A stretch of 64,000 nt of DNA from Phoronis australis (Eukaryota; Animalia; Phoronida): positions 188,328 through 252,327 of the forward strand of contig NMRA01000320.1 in assembly GCA_002633005.1 (NCBI GenBank), written 5' to 3'. Below are positions 52,301 to 64,000 of the stretch, in pieces. The position numbers and the translations under genes are program-made. Under the pieces are notes generated by a model. It worked only from the letters and a program-made list of their open reading frames with translations. It was not told where the DNA came from and made no database searches. Numbering within the stretch: position 1 is the first letter of the stretch; each line of letters begins with the position of its first letter.

Positions 52301-53371
52301 CACCTCCTTTGTGTCGTGGTACAATTCACAATTCTTCAGCGTTTTCCAACAGACCAGTAAACTGCTCACTCGAACTTAAACCACCCTGAAGTATCCCAGT
52401 AGTAGAAGATCCAGTCACTAAACTCAACCAATTCGCTAAGGTCTTGCTAATCAATGATAGTCATTAACCGGGCAATGATACCAGACTATTAAAAAAATGA
52501 CGTAAATGGGTCACTTAGTTACTCCTCTTTATAACCATTCATTAAGTGAAGACAATCCTGTGGGTGCTACATGCACACTGCTTCATGTCTTAAACTCAAC
52601 TGAGAACCTGCCTGGAGCCACAGTTGATGACCTCACTTGATGGTGAACCCCTACGCCATGAGGTCATCACAGATACCCAGCTGTTTGCTTATCAGACTCG
52701 CAAATAGGTCAAACACTCAAACCAGGACCTGTGAGTGATATCGCTCAGTCAACAAATTCTTGTCAATGGTCAATAGCACACACACTATGAGAGAATTAAC
52801 AACAGTTATTTCACAGTTTGCAGACTTTGTAATATCTTTAGTAGTACTTAACACAGAAAAATCTAAAACGCAAAATAGTGAGATGGTCTTGTTTGTGTCG
52901 ACCACAAAGCAATTTGGCCATCTCATTTGGTGTTTTCTTGTCTCAATGTTTTTAATAATGGCTAAAAATTAGATACTTCATACATGTTCTAAATTCTTTG
53001 AAATTTCGTAGAACCATGATAACTTAATTCAATAGGTGATTAGAAAATATAACATAAGTCGCATTTAAGTAACAGAAGCCAAAGCCAGGCCAGAATGGAT
53101 GAAATGTATCTTTTAATTATGAAATTCTCATTGAATACTTGACACCCAAATTGGTCAGCACATCCTCTGTTTTGACATAAAACCATAAGCTATTCTCTTC
53201 TAAAAAACAATTGCTACTTTATGATTTTTTTCTATAATCTTTTTATTCGGCCTCTGAAATCAATAAAAGTCAATTATCCTGTCCAGAGCTTAATGTAATG
53301 TACAGAAGGCGGGGATTGGAATTGAATCACCGGAATTGTGTTTTCAAACATACGTAGTCTTGTTACTGTAT

Positions 53372-53460
53372 GGCCTTTCATACCAAAGGCAATCCATCAA
53401 TGTTTTGAGAAGCGTCAGTCAGCGTGAATGGTTGACTTCGATCTTGGATCAGAGTTAACA
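53372..53460. mobile_element. Family A MITE terminal fragment (diverged)
   Basis: GGCCTTTCATAC start and similarity to 2361-2450. Confidence 0.55.
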
Positions 53461-54041
53461 GGACAAAGTCACCATAAAATGTCACGAATTTAGGAAAGAA
53501 TATGGCCAACAAGTGAAATGTTATTTCTCATTTTTTCCACGGAAGATATATAGCACCGCATTAATGATTTTCTGTACTGAAGTTCTGTATCATAGCCATC
53601 ACCTGACAATGTTTTGGGAAATTGTGGCCAGTCACAACAATGTTCGAAAAAGCATCAATTATAGAAATTATTTTTGAGTGAAATTGGCGGGATTTTACTG
53701 TAACTTGGCAGTCAACGATACTTCCATTTGATGTGAATGGCAAATTTTGGTGTCGTTTGAGTTATTGGAAGATGTCACTGTCAATAACAGCACGTGTTAT
53801 GGTATCAACTGAAATGAGAAAACAAAATCACCAGTAGGGGGTGCCACAGTAATAAAACTCATCTGCCAATTTGCATTATGATGGCTCAAAGCAGTTTGGC
53901 AGATTGAAAAAAGACACAAAAATGGACTCGAAAATCAAATAAAAGTTACTATGTAGTTCAGAATTTTTAAATAAGAATGAAAATGGAAGGCTGGTTAGCG
54001 TTCATTAGCTGTTTTCTGGCAAGAAAATCTCGCAAATATTG

Positions 54042-56210
54042 GGCAATTCCATTTGTGACTGACATACAATCACCGAACATTTTGATCAATTGTGAAAAAA
54101 ATGTTCATCCTAGGAAAATAATTAATACATCACTTTATAGGTCTTACTGATAGCTTTCAAAGCATGTATCAACTTTCCCCCTATATTTTAATCTGACTGA
54201 GAAAATTGCCTTTAAAGGGGTGTGACAGACGTACGTAAAATTTAACATTAATTTTCTGTGAGTTGCATTAAGTTACATTTTTTGTTTTATATGATGATAT
54301 AGTAGAATGTTTGCAAAGTACAAAACACTAATTTTTTGATGATATCTTTCAAGAAATTTTTGTCAGACATCTTGATATGAGTTAGTGTGACGGACGTACA
54401 TGATGGACATACCGTCTGAATTTCTTGAATTAAATTGCTTGTTGTGACTAAGATATCAACTTAAAATGATTCAAGCTTTTGCAGTATTTAAGCCTATATT
54501 TGTTTTTTGCTACTAATTCAATGTTTTTCAATTAAAATGTACCGATTGACCTTTCACACGAAATCATCACAGGTAGGCCTATGCTAGGAATATACTCTAG
54601 GATTTAACTTTTCAATACTTTTGAATAAAGATATAAAACAACCACCTAAAATCTTCGCTTCCCTGGGTAAGCCATTTTGGTGGAAATGATAGTGATAATC
54701 ATTTTGTATTTGACAACTACTGGTTACCAGGAAAACCTGTTTTTATGTGTTAAATAGAATACTAATTCAAAACCAATAAGTAAATGTGACTGTCAAAATA
54801 TAAAATCTGAAATAAAATTTTAAAACATTACTAACCACTGTCATAAAAACACATTTTAATTTTTTTTTTAAATTAGAACTCGCCCTAAGCTTGCATAAAA
54901 TTATTCTCTGGACAATGCTGTTGATGGTTCTGATGAATACCATGTAAGTACCGATAATCATGGGTTTTTGAAAAAGTATTAGTAACAAGACTTCAGTATC
55001 TTTTTAAAACAAAGTGTAAAGCATGGTTTTAGTAGACAACATTGACTTTTGGCATTCACATTCAAATCACCTGTATTATCTGTGAAAGCAAGACATTTTT
55101 AATTAATTACATTTAGGATTATGATTTAGGAATATGTAGAACTAACTTATCAGATGTTGGTTTCTATTTAGTGATTAGCATGATTAAGTTTTCATCCAGC
55201 TCTTTAACTCATGCCTTCTTTTCAAATTTAAGGAGAGGCTGCTTTAAATAATGTCACATCACAGTACACACAAGTACAATTATGACTTTCTTGATCCACG
55301 ATGGCATTTTTTTCGAGTTTCAAAGAACATTTGGGCAGGTATTTCTTCTTCTCCCAATTGCATCTGTTCTTTCAGTGGTCTCCAACAATTTCCTCTATCA
55401 TTTCTTAATCTGGAAGCTCAGCAGAAAAAAATTAGTCTGATTCTTAAAAAAATTAAGGGATAAAAATATGCAAGATGAGACAATGTAATCATTTGCTTTG
55501 AATCATTTCATAGAAGCCACCCAATGACCCAATACACTGAAAAACTCAAAAGGTGAAGACAATCAGTGGGGATGTGACAAAAATGCCCAATAAAGTAGGT
55601 GAAAGGTTCCTACTGCTTAAAAATGCCCAGTATAGGCTTTTTCAACACCCAACACAGCATAGCAGGTCTGAGCAGAAATAAGATTTTGATTCCAGCGCAG
55701 TAGCAACTTGACATGTATTCCTTTAGGTCGCTTGTTATTTATACTCTAGAGCACCTTAGGAATTCGTTTGTATGAAGATTTTTGCATCTTGAATTTCCCA
55801 AAAGCTAAGCATTTCTTTACAAACACAGGATAACAACTGATAAACAATAAGTTCATTAAATTAGCATTTTGTTATGTATACATTTTATAATGTGGTCCAA
55901 CTGTCTGATTTACTAAGATAACTAGATGACATTGCAAACTATAAATTTTCTGCAAATACTTTGAAACTGAAAAAATCCAATGCATTTAGTTTATATCTGT
56001 AGCAACTTATTCACATAATTTTAAAGCTACCTTTGTAATATTGCATTGTTTTAAATTTCATAGGTGTGTGATACATTTTAACTTCTGCAAGTTTAGAAAG
56101 TAAAAATATGACCTAAGGTTACTTTTATTTGCTGAAAAATTGTTATTTCATGGGTGTGATGGATGTACTTGACTGACATACAAATTTGCTGTACGTCTGT
56201 CACGCAATTT
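54042..56210. mobile_element. ~2.1-kb AT-rich non-autonomous DNA element with repeated GTGAC(A/G)GACGTAC motifs
   Basis: The motif occurs at ~54055, 54222, 54388 and 56155, and inverted at 56191-56203. It is flanked on both sides by HINE-like core-repeat sequence. Boundaries are approximate. Confidence 0.4.
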
Positions 56211-56960
56211 CTGCCAAATTTTATGAAGATACGTTGAGGACCTTAGGAGATACAGCCATGAGCGTAAAAAATATAAAACTGCCAATAGGAGGCGCCACAG
56301 TAGTGGAAGTCGTCAGAAAATCATCGTCAGCCATCCACTTCATAGTAATACATGCCAATTTTCACAATCATTCTTTGAGCGGTTTGGTTGATAGAGGGTT
56401 GGACACAAAAAACAGACTCGAAAACAGTAAAAATGGCCACTAGGTGGTGCAAACTATATCCCATCCACCCAAAAACAGGAGGATAACGTCATCTTACTAA
56501 TAGGTGCCTACACACTGAATTTTATGAAAATCCGTTGAGGACTTTTGAAGATACAGCGATAAACATAAAAAACTAAAATTGCCACTAGAGGGCACACCGG
56601 TACTCGGATCCGTCCGAAAGTTCACTTGTGCCGTCCCATCCACAGAAGGAACACATGTGCAAAATTTCATGAACATAAGTCAAGAGGTTTTGGAGATAGA
56701 GCAGCGGACGCAGGACAGACGGACGGACGGACAGAGATGATGGCATAATGCGTCTACATATAAATATGTGGGCGCATAAAAATAAAGCCACCACTAGGGG
56801 GCACAGTCCAAAATTTGCTATCATGTGTCGTTGGTTTCATAGAAACAAATCTGCCAAAGACCCTGCCAGGGTTTAGAAGATACAACAGCAGATGCCGGCG
56901 GGACGCACAGACAGAGATGACAGCAACGTGCACCCACACATGACTATGCGGGTGCATAGA
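56211..56960 (+). mobile_element. HINE / DINE-1-like elements with internal tandem core repeats and two successive 3' ends
   Basis: Diverged units anchored on GCCA(C/A)TAGGNGGC at ~56281, 56436, 56581 and 56791. GGAC microsatellite plus hairpin at 56705-56782, and a more decayed second end at 56895-56958. Confidence 0.7.
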
Positions 56961-59517
56961 CACATGTGCGCATAACGTTTTATGAACGACATCTTGCGAT
57001 AACTTTGATGACTCACATATCAATCACTAACAACCATCAGGGGTCTCATTCAATTAACTTCGCAGTTTGCATTCATGGACACTCTTCTGGTAACATTTGT
57101 AGGAATAGACCTTCAGAAAAAATTATAGAATCCGCCCATCTAATGTGTACTTCCTGGAATTAATTCTCTTACTGCATTCTGATGATTCAATACTAATGCC
57201 ATTTTAATCATTTTTGTGGCAAATAATGAGGTTCACTAAAGTTATTATCTTTCAACACATTGAAGCAGCTTGCGGCAGGCTTTTAACACAGTACACAGCA
57301 GAAATCTCTATAATGAGCTAATGGCATAAGTGGGTTTGAAAGTGTCAATGTTGAGATTTTTTTACTTCGGTGCTTGCCTACCACAAATCTGAAAAGTAAA
57401 TTGGCGTCGGTAAGCTTTTCCACTACCACTGCTGCATAAAAAGGTCTCTACATCAAAAATCTTAAATTCACATGGCCTGGTTACAGAAAAGCCACTTCTA
57501 ATTAAACTAATGGCTAATAGCCTTCTTATCACTTTCATTGCATGATGTTAGAATCATAGTATTTAAATATACTTCCCAATTTTCGGATTTTCTAACAACC
57601 TCAGAAGTAAATGGTTTGTCTGAATTATCCGTACCTCAAGTCGTTTTTTGCTTCTACAAAAAAAGTAACACTACCACATCCCTTATGGTTTCCATTAAAA
57701 AGAAATACTGGTGACAAATACTGACTCAAACGGCATCACCACAGAATGTGCAACTGGGCCTCCTCAAAAGCATGCCAAATTCAAAATCACAACCTCTTCC
57801 CCCACACGCATGCACGCACGCACGCACAATGAGACAGCTAGACAGTGCCAATGATACACCCCACACAGTTCGCATTTTCAAATTACAAAGGTTATGCACA
57901 TTAATTCAGTTAAGAAATGAGGAAAGAAAAATCTACAGGTCCACAAAATGGCTACTACAGCACCACAATGAACTTGAGTTCAGTCAAAAACAAAATGCCA
58001 GCAGACATTGAAGGGCAACATGCTGTGGGCAAATTTCAAAATGCAGTTTCTATGGTGAGAACAAAGAAACAATCAAATTTATGACAGCAACAAATTTGGC
58101 AAAATATTTTTGCCAATTAGCAAATAATATACAAAAGGACATGGGCCATAAAACCTTTCTATTGGCTTGCCTTGCAGACATTTAATCGCATTTTCCGTAC
58201 GAAAAGGCTTTAAATGTCAACATTTTAAGAGAATCACAAATTTTTATGAAAGGTGCAGTTATATTTGATATGGCTAGTAAGCCGAAAGATATCCACCACA
58301 TCAAATTGTTCAGATAGGCTTGAACAAGGCGCGATGGAAAATTTCCTGGTTTCTGAACATTTTAGTAATAAATTAAAAGCATTAAGTTGCAATATGTTAA
58401 TTAACATCTCCACCATTTGAACAGAGTTGTCCTTCGTTAGAAAACTTTAAATGCAACTTCAACGACAATTGTCATTTCTAAAAGAGAGTGTTTCCAAGAG
58501 CTGTCTATTTTCAAGTAAAGCATTAATAGTATTATTTATGCACAGTGTGACTATGTAATGGACATGAGGTTAATGTCCTGGTTTTTATGGACTACCAAAC
58601 AGGAATGGGTTTCCTAATAGAAAGCAAATGGAAGTAATGAGGTGCCTGTCTACTTCTATTAAAACTACTATCAATTTGTAAAGCTGTTAGGTCAAAGACT
58701 CTAGTACCCTAACAAACAAGACACCTAAGACTTGTAATATGGCCTGGAAACCCTAAATGAGCTCTGGACAACAGGGTGAAACACGAAATCTAATAAAAAT
58801 TCCAAAGTTGCACTGGTTTATGATTATGAGTTTTTCTATCTTCCTGGCAAGACTGCAGTCTACACTAACATATACTACCGGGTAAATTAGATAAATTAAA
58901 TATTTCTGTATCGACTAAGCACTTACACACATATTTAGTGAGAAAACATAGGTACAGCCATTACATAAAGTTTATGCAGTGGAATATTGATTCAGTATGA
59001 CCCTAGAATTGTATAAGCTGAATACAAAATTTAACACTATAGTTTTATCTAAAGCAGATTTCTTTTTGTTATTGTGTCAGATCATTTGCAAGATTTAATC
59101 TAATTTTAATTAGAAGATTACTTCATAAAAAACAAAAAAGACGACTGCATAATTGTGCATATCGTGTTATAATAGTTGATGACGGACCAAATTCACAGAC
59201 AATGACAATTAAGATTGATTTTTACCCCTATCCTGTGAAGGATCATTTTTTAGAGAAACGTGACTGTGTCAACTGACCCAGGGGGCCTAAAATTTCTGTG
59301 CCAATTTGTAGAACCTACAAGTAACGTGAATATTTTCTATCCTTTGACGATTCCATTTTTAGGTGGGAGGAGGAGGGTGGGGGCTTTGGGGCATTTTCAA
59401 TGGTGTGCTCGAGTGTACTAACACAACATGATGCCAGTAGTGATTGGTCTAAGCTGCTACTTGCATTTCAATTTAACCACACACATAATTTCACAGTTCG
59501 CGATATACTAGAGTCCA

Positions 59518-59782
59518 GGGGCTCGCTCCAAGAAACTGACTTACTTAAGTTCATTTTTGACTTACCAGTAAGTCTAAGATTTGTCTCAAATTCCAAACTT
59601 TGAAACTTCCACATCTGGAACGATAGTCAAAATTAAGACAAAACTTAAGGAAAAAAATAGTTAAGTCCAACTAAAGATCTCTTTTTTGTAATGGTCTTGA
59701 GGCAAATTTAAGTTTTATCTTAAGTGAATTGACTGAAAGTTGAGATCTGTCTTAGCTAAGTCAGTTTCTTGGAACAGGACCC
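59518..59782. mobile_element. MITE (~265 bp) with ~26-bp TIR
   Basis: GGGGCTCGCTCCAAGAAACTGACTTA ... TAAGTCAGTTTCTTGGAACAGGACCC. Confidence 0.75.
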
Positions 59783-60869
59783 ATATCCCAAAAACTATTC
59801 TCTACGTTATGAATGTGCTAGAATTTGATTAAAAACACGTCTTTACTTTCTGCTGCAAAGTTAGATATACACTCGCTTATACTCTCTGTAATATTTCCGA
59901 TCTTTTCACCATTTGCGTTACTGAAGAACTGCTACAGAACTACGCTGGTTATGTAAGAATGCAATAGGACTGCCTTCAATAGCCACATGTAAACAATTGC
60001 AGTGGATAAGTGAAATGTTTCACGTGCTAATGAAGCAGGGTGCACTACTAAAATTATGCCTATGCTAGGTTTTACATGTGAGCAGTTTTTACACGTTTGT
60101 CATGTTTGCCTGTCATATTTTCGTGACATATTTTACACTTGAGTGTGGCAGACTTTTCACATTTCATATGTTGATACACCAACATGGCGTTATCTTTACA
60201 GATTACATGCTTTTTACACGAATTACATATTTTTGCTGTGTTTGACAAGCTTTGAGCGTGCAATATGTGTGAAATCACCACGTAATTAACCCCAAGAAAA
60301 TGTCACTAAAATGAGCCCAACAACTTCTAACATTGTCTCCTAGAAATGGAGGTTTAAATGCCATTTTCCAAAACACTGACAGAAATTATGTACAACTTCC
60401 CAAACGCATTAGTAAATATTGCTAACAAATGAATATACTCCAACTTAATTGAAGGTATTTACAATGAAAGAACACCTGAGTTGCTGGGCAATCACAAATC
60501 AACCTTATTGAGGAGGTGCAGGGAAAAACATGCCTCCTCCCTTAATTTTACAAATAATTTCAGATTAAAGTGGTCCCAGATAAGTTTTTATCATCAAATT
60601 ATAGGCACAAACGAGTTTCTATTCGATATTTTCTTAATAGTTAGATCTCTGCACGTTTTGTAAGAACCAGAAATCAACTCCGAAACTTTTTCGAACCATT
60701 AACAACACGGGAACATACGCGACTCCTATTGTTTGAAAACGGTATGAAGAAATTCCAGAAGAGGGTTTATTACCAACTTTGAGCTTGTCTACTATCGTCT
60801 CCTGACAGTTGCAATGTGCCGAATTTCTACGATGAACAAGGAAACATTCCTTAAAGGTTACTCGCTTAC

Positions 60870-61082
60870 CTAATCTTTCACTTAGTCTTCGATACAATGA
60901 GACAAATTAAGTACAGCTTTGATCGCAGACACATGACCGTTTAAATCTCCCACAACTTATGACGTCATCTAATCTTGTTGATGGCGTCATGAGAGCGGGA
61001 ATACACCACACGTTGAGACGTGTTTTGAAGGGCGATCAATCGACATTAGCCTGTTAGCTGCAGTCGAAAGCTCTGAACGAAG
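60870..61082. promoter_or_regulatory. Candidate bidirectional promoter / 5' UTR of the WWE-domain gene
   Basis: CpG-richer stretch with a perfect CRE TGACGTCA (60960-60967), E2F-like GCGGGAA (60995-61001) and CHR-like TTTGAA (61024-61029). The plus-strand ATG is at 61083 and a minus-strand donor AG|GTAAGC is at 60869. Confidence 0.5.
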
Positions 61083-61107
61083 ATGGCACCTCAGAAAAGA
61101 AAAGAAG
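61083..61107 (+). CDS. First coding exon of WWE-domain protein (MAPQKRKE, NLS-like)
   Basis: AAGATGG start context. The 25-nt exon ends at AAG|GTAAAG in phase 1, in frame with exon 62846-63009. Confidence 0.7.
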
Positions 61108-61619
61108 GTAAAGTTGTAGTTTTATTGTCAGGGTAAGTGGTTCGTCTGAGTAAAGCCATCACCCAGACAACATCACCACCGTCAGAACTGGGCCAGCAGC
61201 TCCGGCCACTGGCACTACGCTGGCACCGACCAGGCACAGGGGTCCTCAGCTTCTGATCGTCCCCAATACACTACATATAATACTACAAGGTATGACACTC
61301 CGGGCTAGAAATTTCATGGCTGCTTCGATGCAGCAGTCCATATCAAACACATAACTCAATAAAGTTACACAAAACAGGGGTTCAAGAATTAACCATGAGC
61401 TGAGCAATTGTTCTTTCTTATAACATCCACGGTGTCCTGATCCGGCGACTTCGTAAGTAATTCGTAGTCAAAGAACACAAATGTTCCCAAAAAGTCCAAA
61501 CACACTTACAACTGTGTCTGTTCGAGGTCAAGGACGGTGCAAAAATTGCCCGTTTTTCGCATAAAGTCCCGATGTCGATAACGCCGTCCATCCGTAATTC
61601 ATTGGTAATTTCCAAAGTG

Positions 61620-61969
61620 TTCAAGGTATTACATATTTTGAAGTAAATCCATGACCTGGGACAATAATTTGTTTCTTGTATTATGATTCACATTGCCAAA
61701 CCACCGTCTCCGACGCTATCGTTGCAGTCTTTGTTATCAATTTTTATTTAAAAATGGGTAATCACGTGTTTCCTTAGCACTGGGCTCGTAATAATCAATC
61801 TTCAAAAGTCGGGGATGGGCGCTTAACCGAGAGGTGGGCACTTAACTGGAAATCTTTCTAACATTGCAGTGGGGCAGTTAACTGAGTAGTGGGTGGTTAA
61901 ATCGAAAATACACCTAAAGTAGGGATGGGCGGGGTTAGCGAACATGGGCGTTAACCCGAACGTTTACGG
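61620..61969 (-). mobile_element. Family B element, truncated inverted copy in intron 1 of the WWE gene
   Basis: Reverse-complement match to 5342-5680. Ends TTAACCCGAACGTTTACGG. Confidence 0.8.
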
Positions 61970-61977
61970 AATGTTCT

Positions 61978-62145
61978 TTAGGTCACGTGTATGGGCTACT
62001 GGCAGCGTGCAGACCAGACTTAAAAATGTTTGTGATCTACTTAAGGATATTAGGTCACGTGATGTGGCCAACAGGTGGCGTGTAGACTGGACTTAAAAAT
62101 GTTTGTGATCTATATTTCCACGCTGGTTTAGTGGCTCATATCTTA
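61978..62145. repeat. 72-bp tandem duplication belonging to a dispersed repeat
   Basis: Two ttaggtcacgtg...cttaaaaatgtttgtgatcta units. An inverted homolog lies at ~7680-7755. Confidence 0.7.
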
Positions 62146-62510
62146 TAAATTCCCAGGATGCTTAAATTTTTCTTGGTGTTGTTCTTAAGGTTAGGCTATA
62201 TCTTTTGCAAATATATTGAAAGTTAAAATAGATGTGTTGCAATTAACTCTTGAAGCCTGTCATTTTGAACCATTACCTCATCTTATCATTGCATAATTAT
62301 AAATTACTGACTTTATGTAATAACTTAAGAGATAGAAACTGATATGCAAATCATCTTTGTAAGTTGAAATTTTCGTTAGATATGAGCATTTACAAATCAT
62401 CAGGTATGTTAATTAGCTCAAATTTTGGTATGTCATAAGTCACTGATTATGTGACCATTTGCATTAAAATTGAGAGTTGAATATATCTTGTGGTCTCTAA
62501 GAGTTCTATG

Positions 62511-62667
62511 CAGTGGCGGATTTAGGGAGGGGCAAGGGGGCCATGATCCCTCCCCAAAATTTTCCCAGATTAAATCTGACAGTTTGGGTGTGCGAATGTC
62601 TGACGGACAAAATCCTGGCTAATATTCTGCCACACCCCTCCAACTCAAAATCCTGGATCCGCCCCTG
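62511..62667. mobile_element. Short hAT-like MITE
   Basis: TIR CAGTGGCGGAT / ATCCGCCCCTG. The TSD is not preserved. Confidence 0.7.
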
Positions 62668-62845
62668 CTTTGAATTTTGAAGAGAATATATGACAGGATG
62701 GATTTTTTAAAATCTTGACATTAGATTACCCAATATTACATTTGAGATACCCAGTGTCAGTCCAGTACAGTGCTGCAAATCTTAATTGCTTACACCTGAT
62801 AACTTATAGTCTTATCAGTTACAAAAGTTTCTCATCATTGTGTAG

Positions 62846-63009
62846 TGAGTGGAGCCTCTGATACACCAAGTAAAAAGTGCAAGACATCAGAAGATGTGTT
62901 ATCAGGTCATACTATACGTTGGGAAGTGGAAGACAAGGGTCAATGGATGTATTACCCTCTTGATCTTCAAAAGGTCATTACTGGAGCGTTTAGAGAAGGA
63001 AAGGGGGAG
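62846..63009 (+). CDS. Second coding exon, WWE domain N-terminal half (possibly invertebrate PARP2-like or another WWE protein); gene continues beyond the right edge
   Basis: Acceptor ttgtgtag and donor GAG|GTGAGT. Open frame (V)SGASDTPSKKCKTSEDVLSGHTIRWEVEDKGQWMYYPLDLQKVITGAFREGKGE contains the WWE pattern W-x5-6-W-x2-Y followed by a helix. The ORF track missed this exon. Confidence 0.8.
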
Positions 63010-63540
63010 GTGAGTGGGGAATAAATGGACACTTGTACGCATCTTAGAACTACAGCTTTATTACCGATTCTAAGCTATTTGAGAACACGGGTAGTTTGTG
63101 CGCATAAGATTTTTCAAGTTGTGTTTCTAAACTGAATCTAATCAGAACATGCAGTTATTTTAATATCATGCAAATAAATGCTCTGACTGATATATAAATC
63201 TGGTACCTTTTTGTTTACTTCTTTTTTGCCTTTGTTTAAACACCACAGCATTACAGTCACCAGTCGCTAAATTGACTCAATCACTATGGATGATTTTTAC
63301 TGAAAAGTCGGCATTGCGAATTCAAGGATGACAATGGGCCAGTGAATCCTAAGTCTTGTCTGTTGAATTTTTATATTTGTGTTACAACACGGAGATTATT
63401 GCCTATTTTCCCAGGCTGTTCTACATACAACTTAATAAACATTTGAATTTTAATGGGAATCATAAACACATCACTTCTTTGGTAAACATCCTGTTTACTT
63501 TTGTGCAACCATAAAGCTGGTAGTATCCTTCGAAATTGTT

Positions 63541-63765
63541 CTTGTTCAACACTGGTCATGTTGTCTACAGCATGTTCAACACTGGTCATGTTGTCTCCAA
63601 CATGCTCAACACTGGTCATGTTGTCTCCAGCGTGCTCAACACTGGTCATGTTGTCTCCAGCATGTTCAACACTGGTCATGTTGTCTCCAGCGTGCTCAAC
63701 ACTGGTCATGTTGTCTCTAGCATGCTCAACACTGGTTATGTTGTCTCCAGCATGTTCAACACTGG
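63541..63765. repeat. 30-bp minisatellite x~7.5
   Basis: Unit catgttcaacactggtcatgttgtctccag. Its length is a multiple of 3, which explains the repetitive ORFs on both strands. Confidence 0.95.
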
Positions 63766-64000
63766 GCCCGGTCTCCAATCTTTTTACTCGAAATGGAACT
63801 CGAAATTAGGTTTGGCATTTTCTACTCTACTTTTGGGCGAACTCAAGATAAGTGTCTATTATTCTATGCTCGAGTACACAATAACTTACATAGATAATTT
63901 ATTACCCTTAGTTCACAGTTTGTAAACCCAACATTAAAGCAATAAGTTCGAGTTTGAACTCGAAATTTCGAGTTTTTACTCGAGTTTGTAGCACGAATAT

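Noticed and set aside
63371-63925. ORFs with 10-aa repeats (SVEHAGDNMT etc.)
   Set aside because: The 30-bp intronic minisatellite is open in several frames on both strands, and nothing supports coding.

Overview
AT-rich, repeat-dense eukaryotic genomic DNA. It has GT-AG introns, no operons and no long ORFs, and the repeat repertoire resembles a marine invertebrate, though the taxon cannot be fixed from the sequence. Almost all ORF-track entries are chance ORFs. Two spliced protein-coding genes can be partly reconstructed with phase-consistent junctions. (1) A minus-strand secreted or membrane receptor-like gene: a signal-peptide exon (12384-12465) joins an exon at 218-428 that resembles the start of a glycine-betaine-type (OpuAC/PBP2) binding fold. 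It has a packed uORF cluster before the start codon and continues off the left edge. (2) A plus-strand gene for a probably nuclear WWE-domain protein (exons 61083-61107 and 62846-63009, possibly invertebrate PARP2-like), continuing off the right edge. Between them are two candidate divergent promoters with putative non-coding exons. Repeats include MITE families (Harbinger-, hAT-, Tc1/mariner- and Academ-like), Helentron/DINE-1-like elements, a tRNA-derived SINE, a Penelope-like terminal fragment with a minimal hammerhead ribozyme motif, and several minisatellites. Two apparent tandem duplications sit on single-N gaps and are probably both haplotypes assembled in series; one exposes a likely transposon presence/absence polymorphism. 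I found no strong evidence for a wholly new biological system. The receptor gene and the hammerhead are the best leads.
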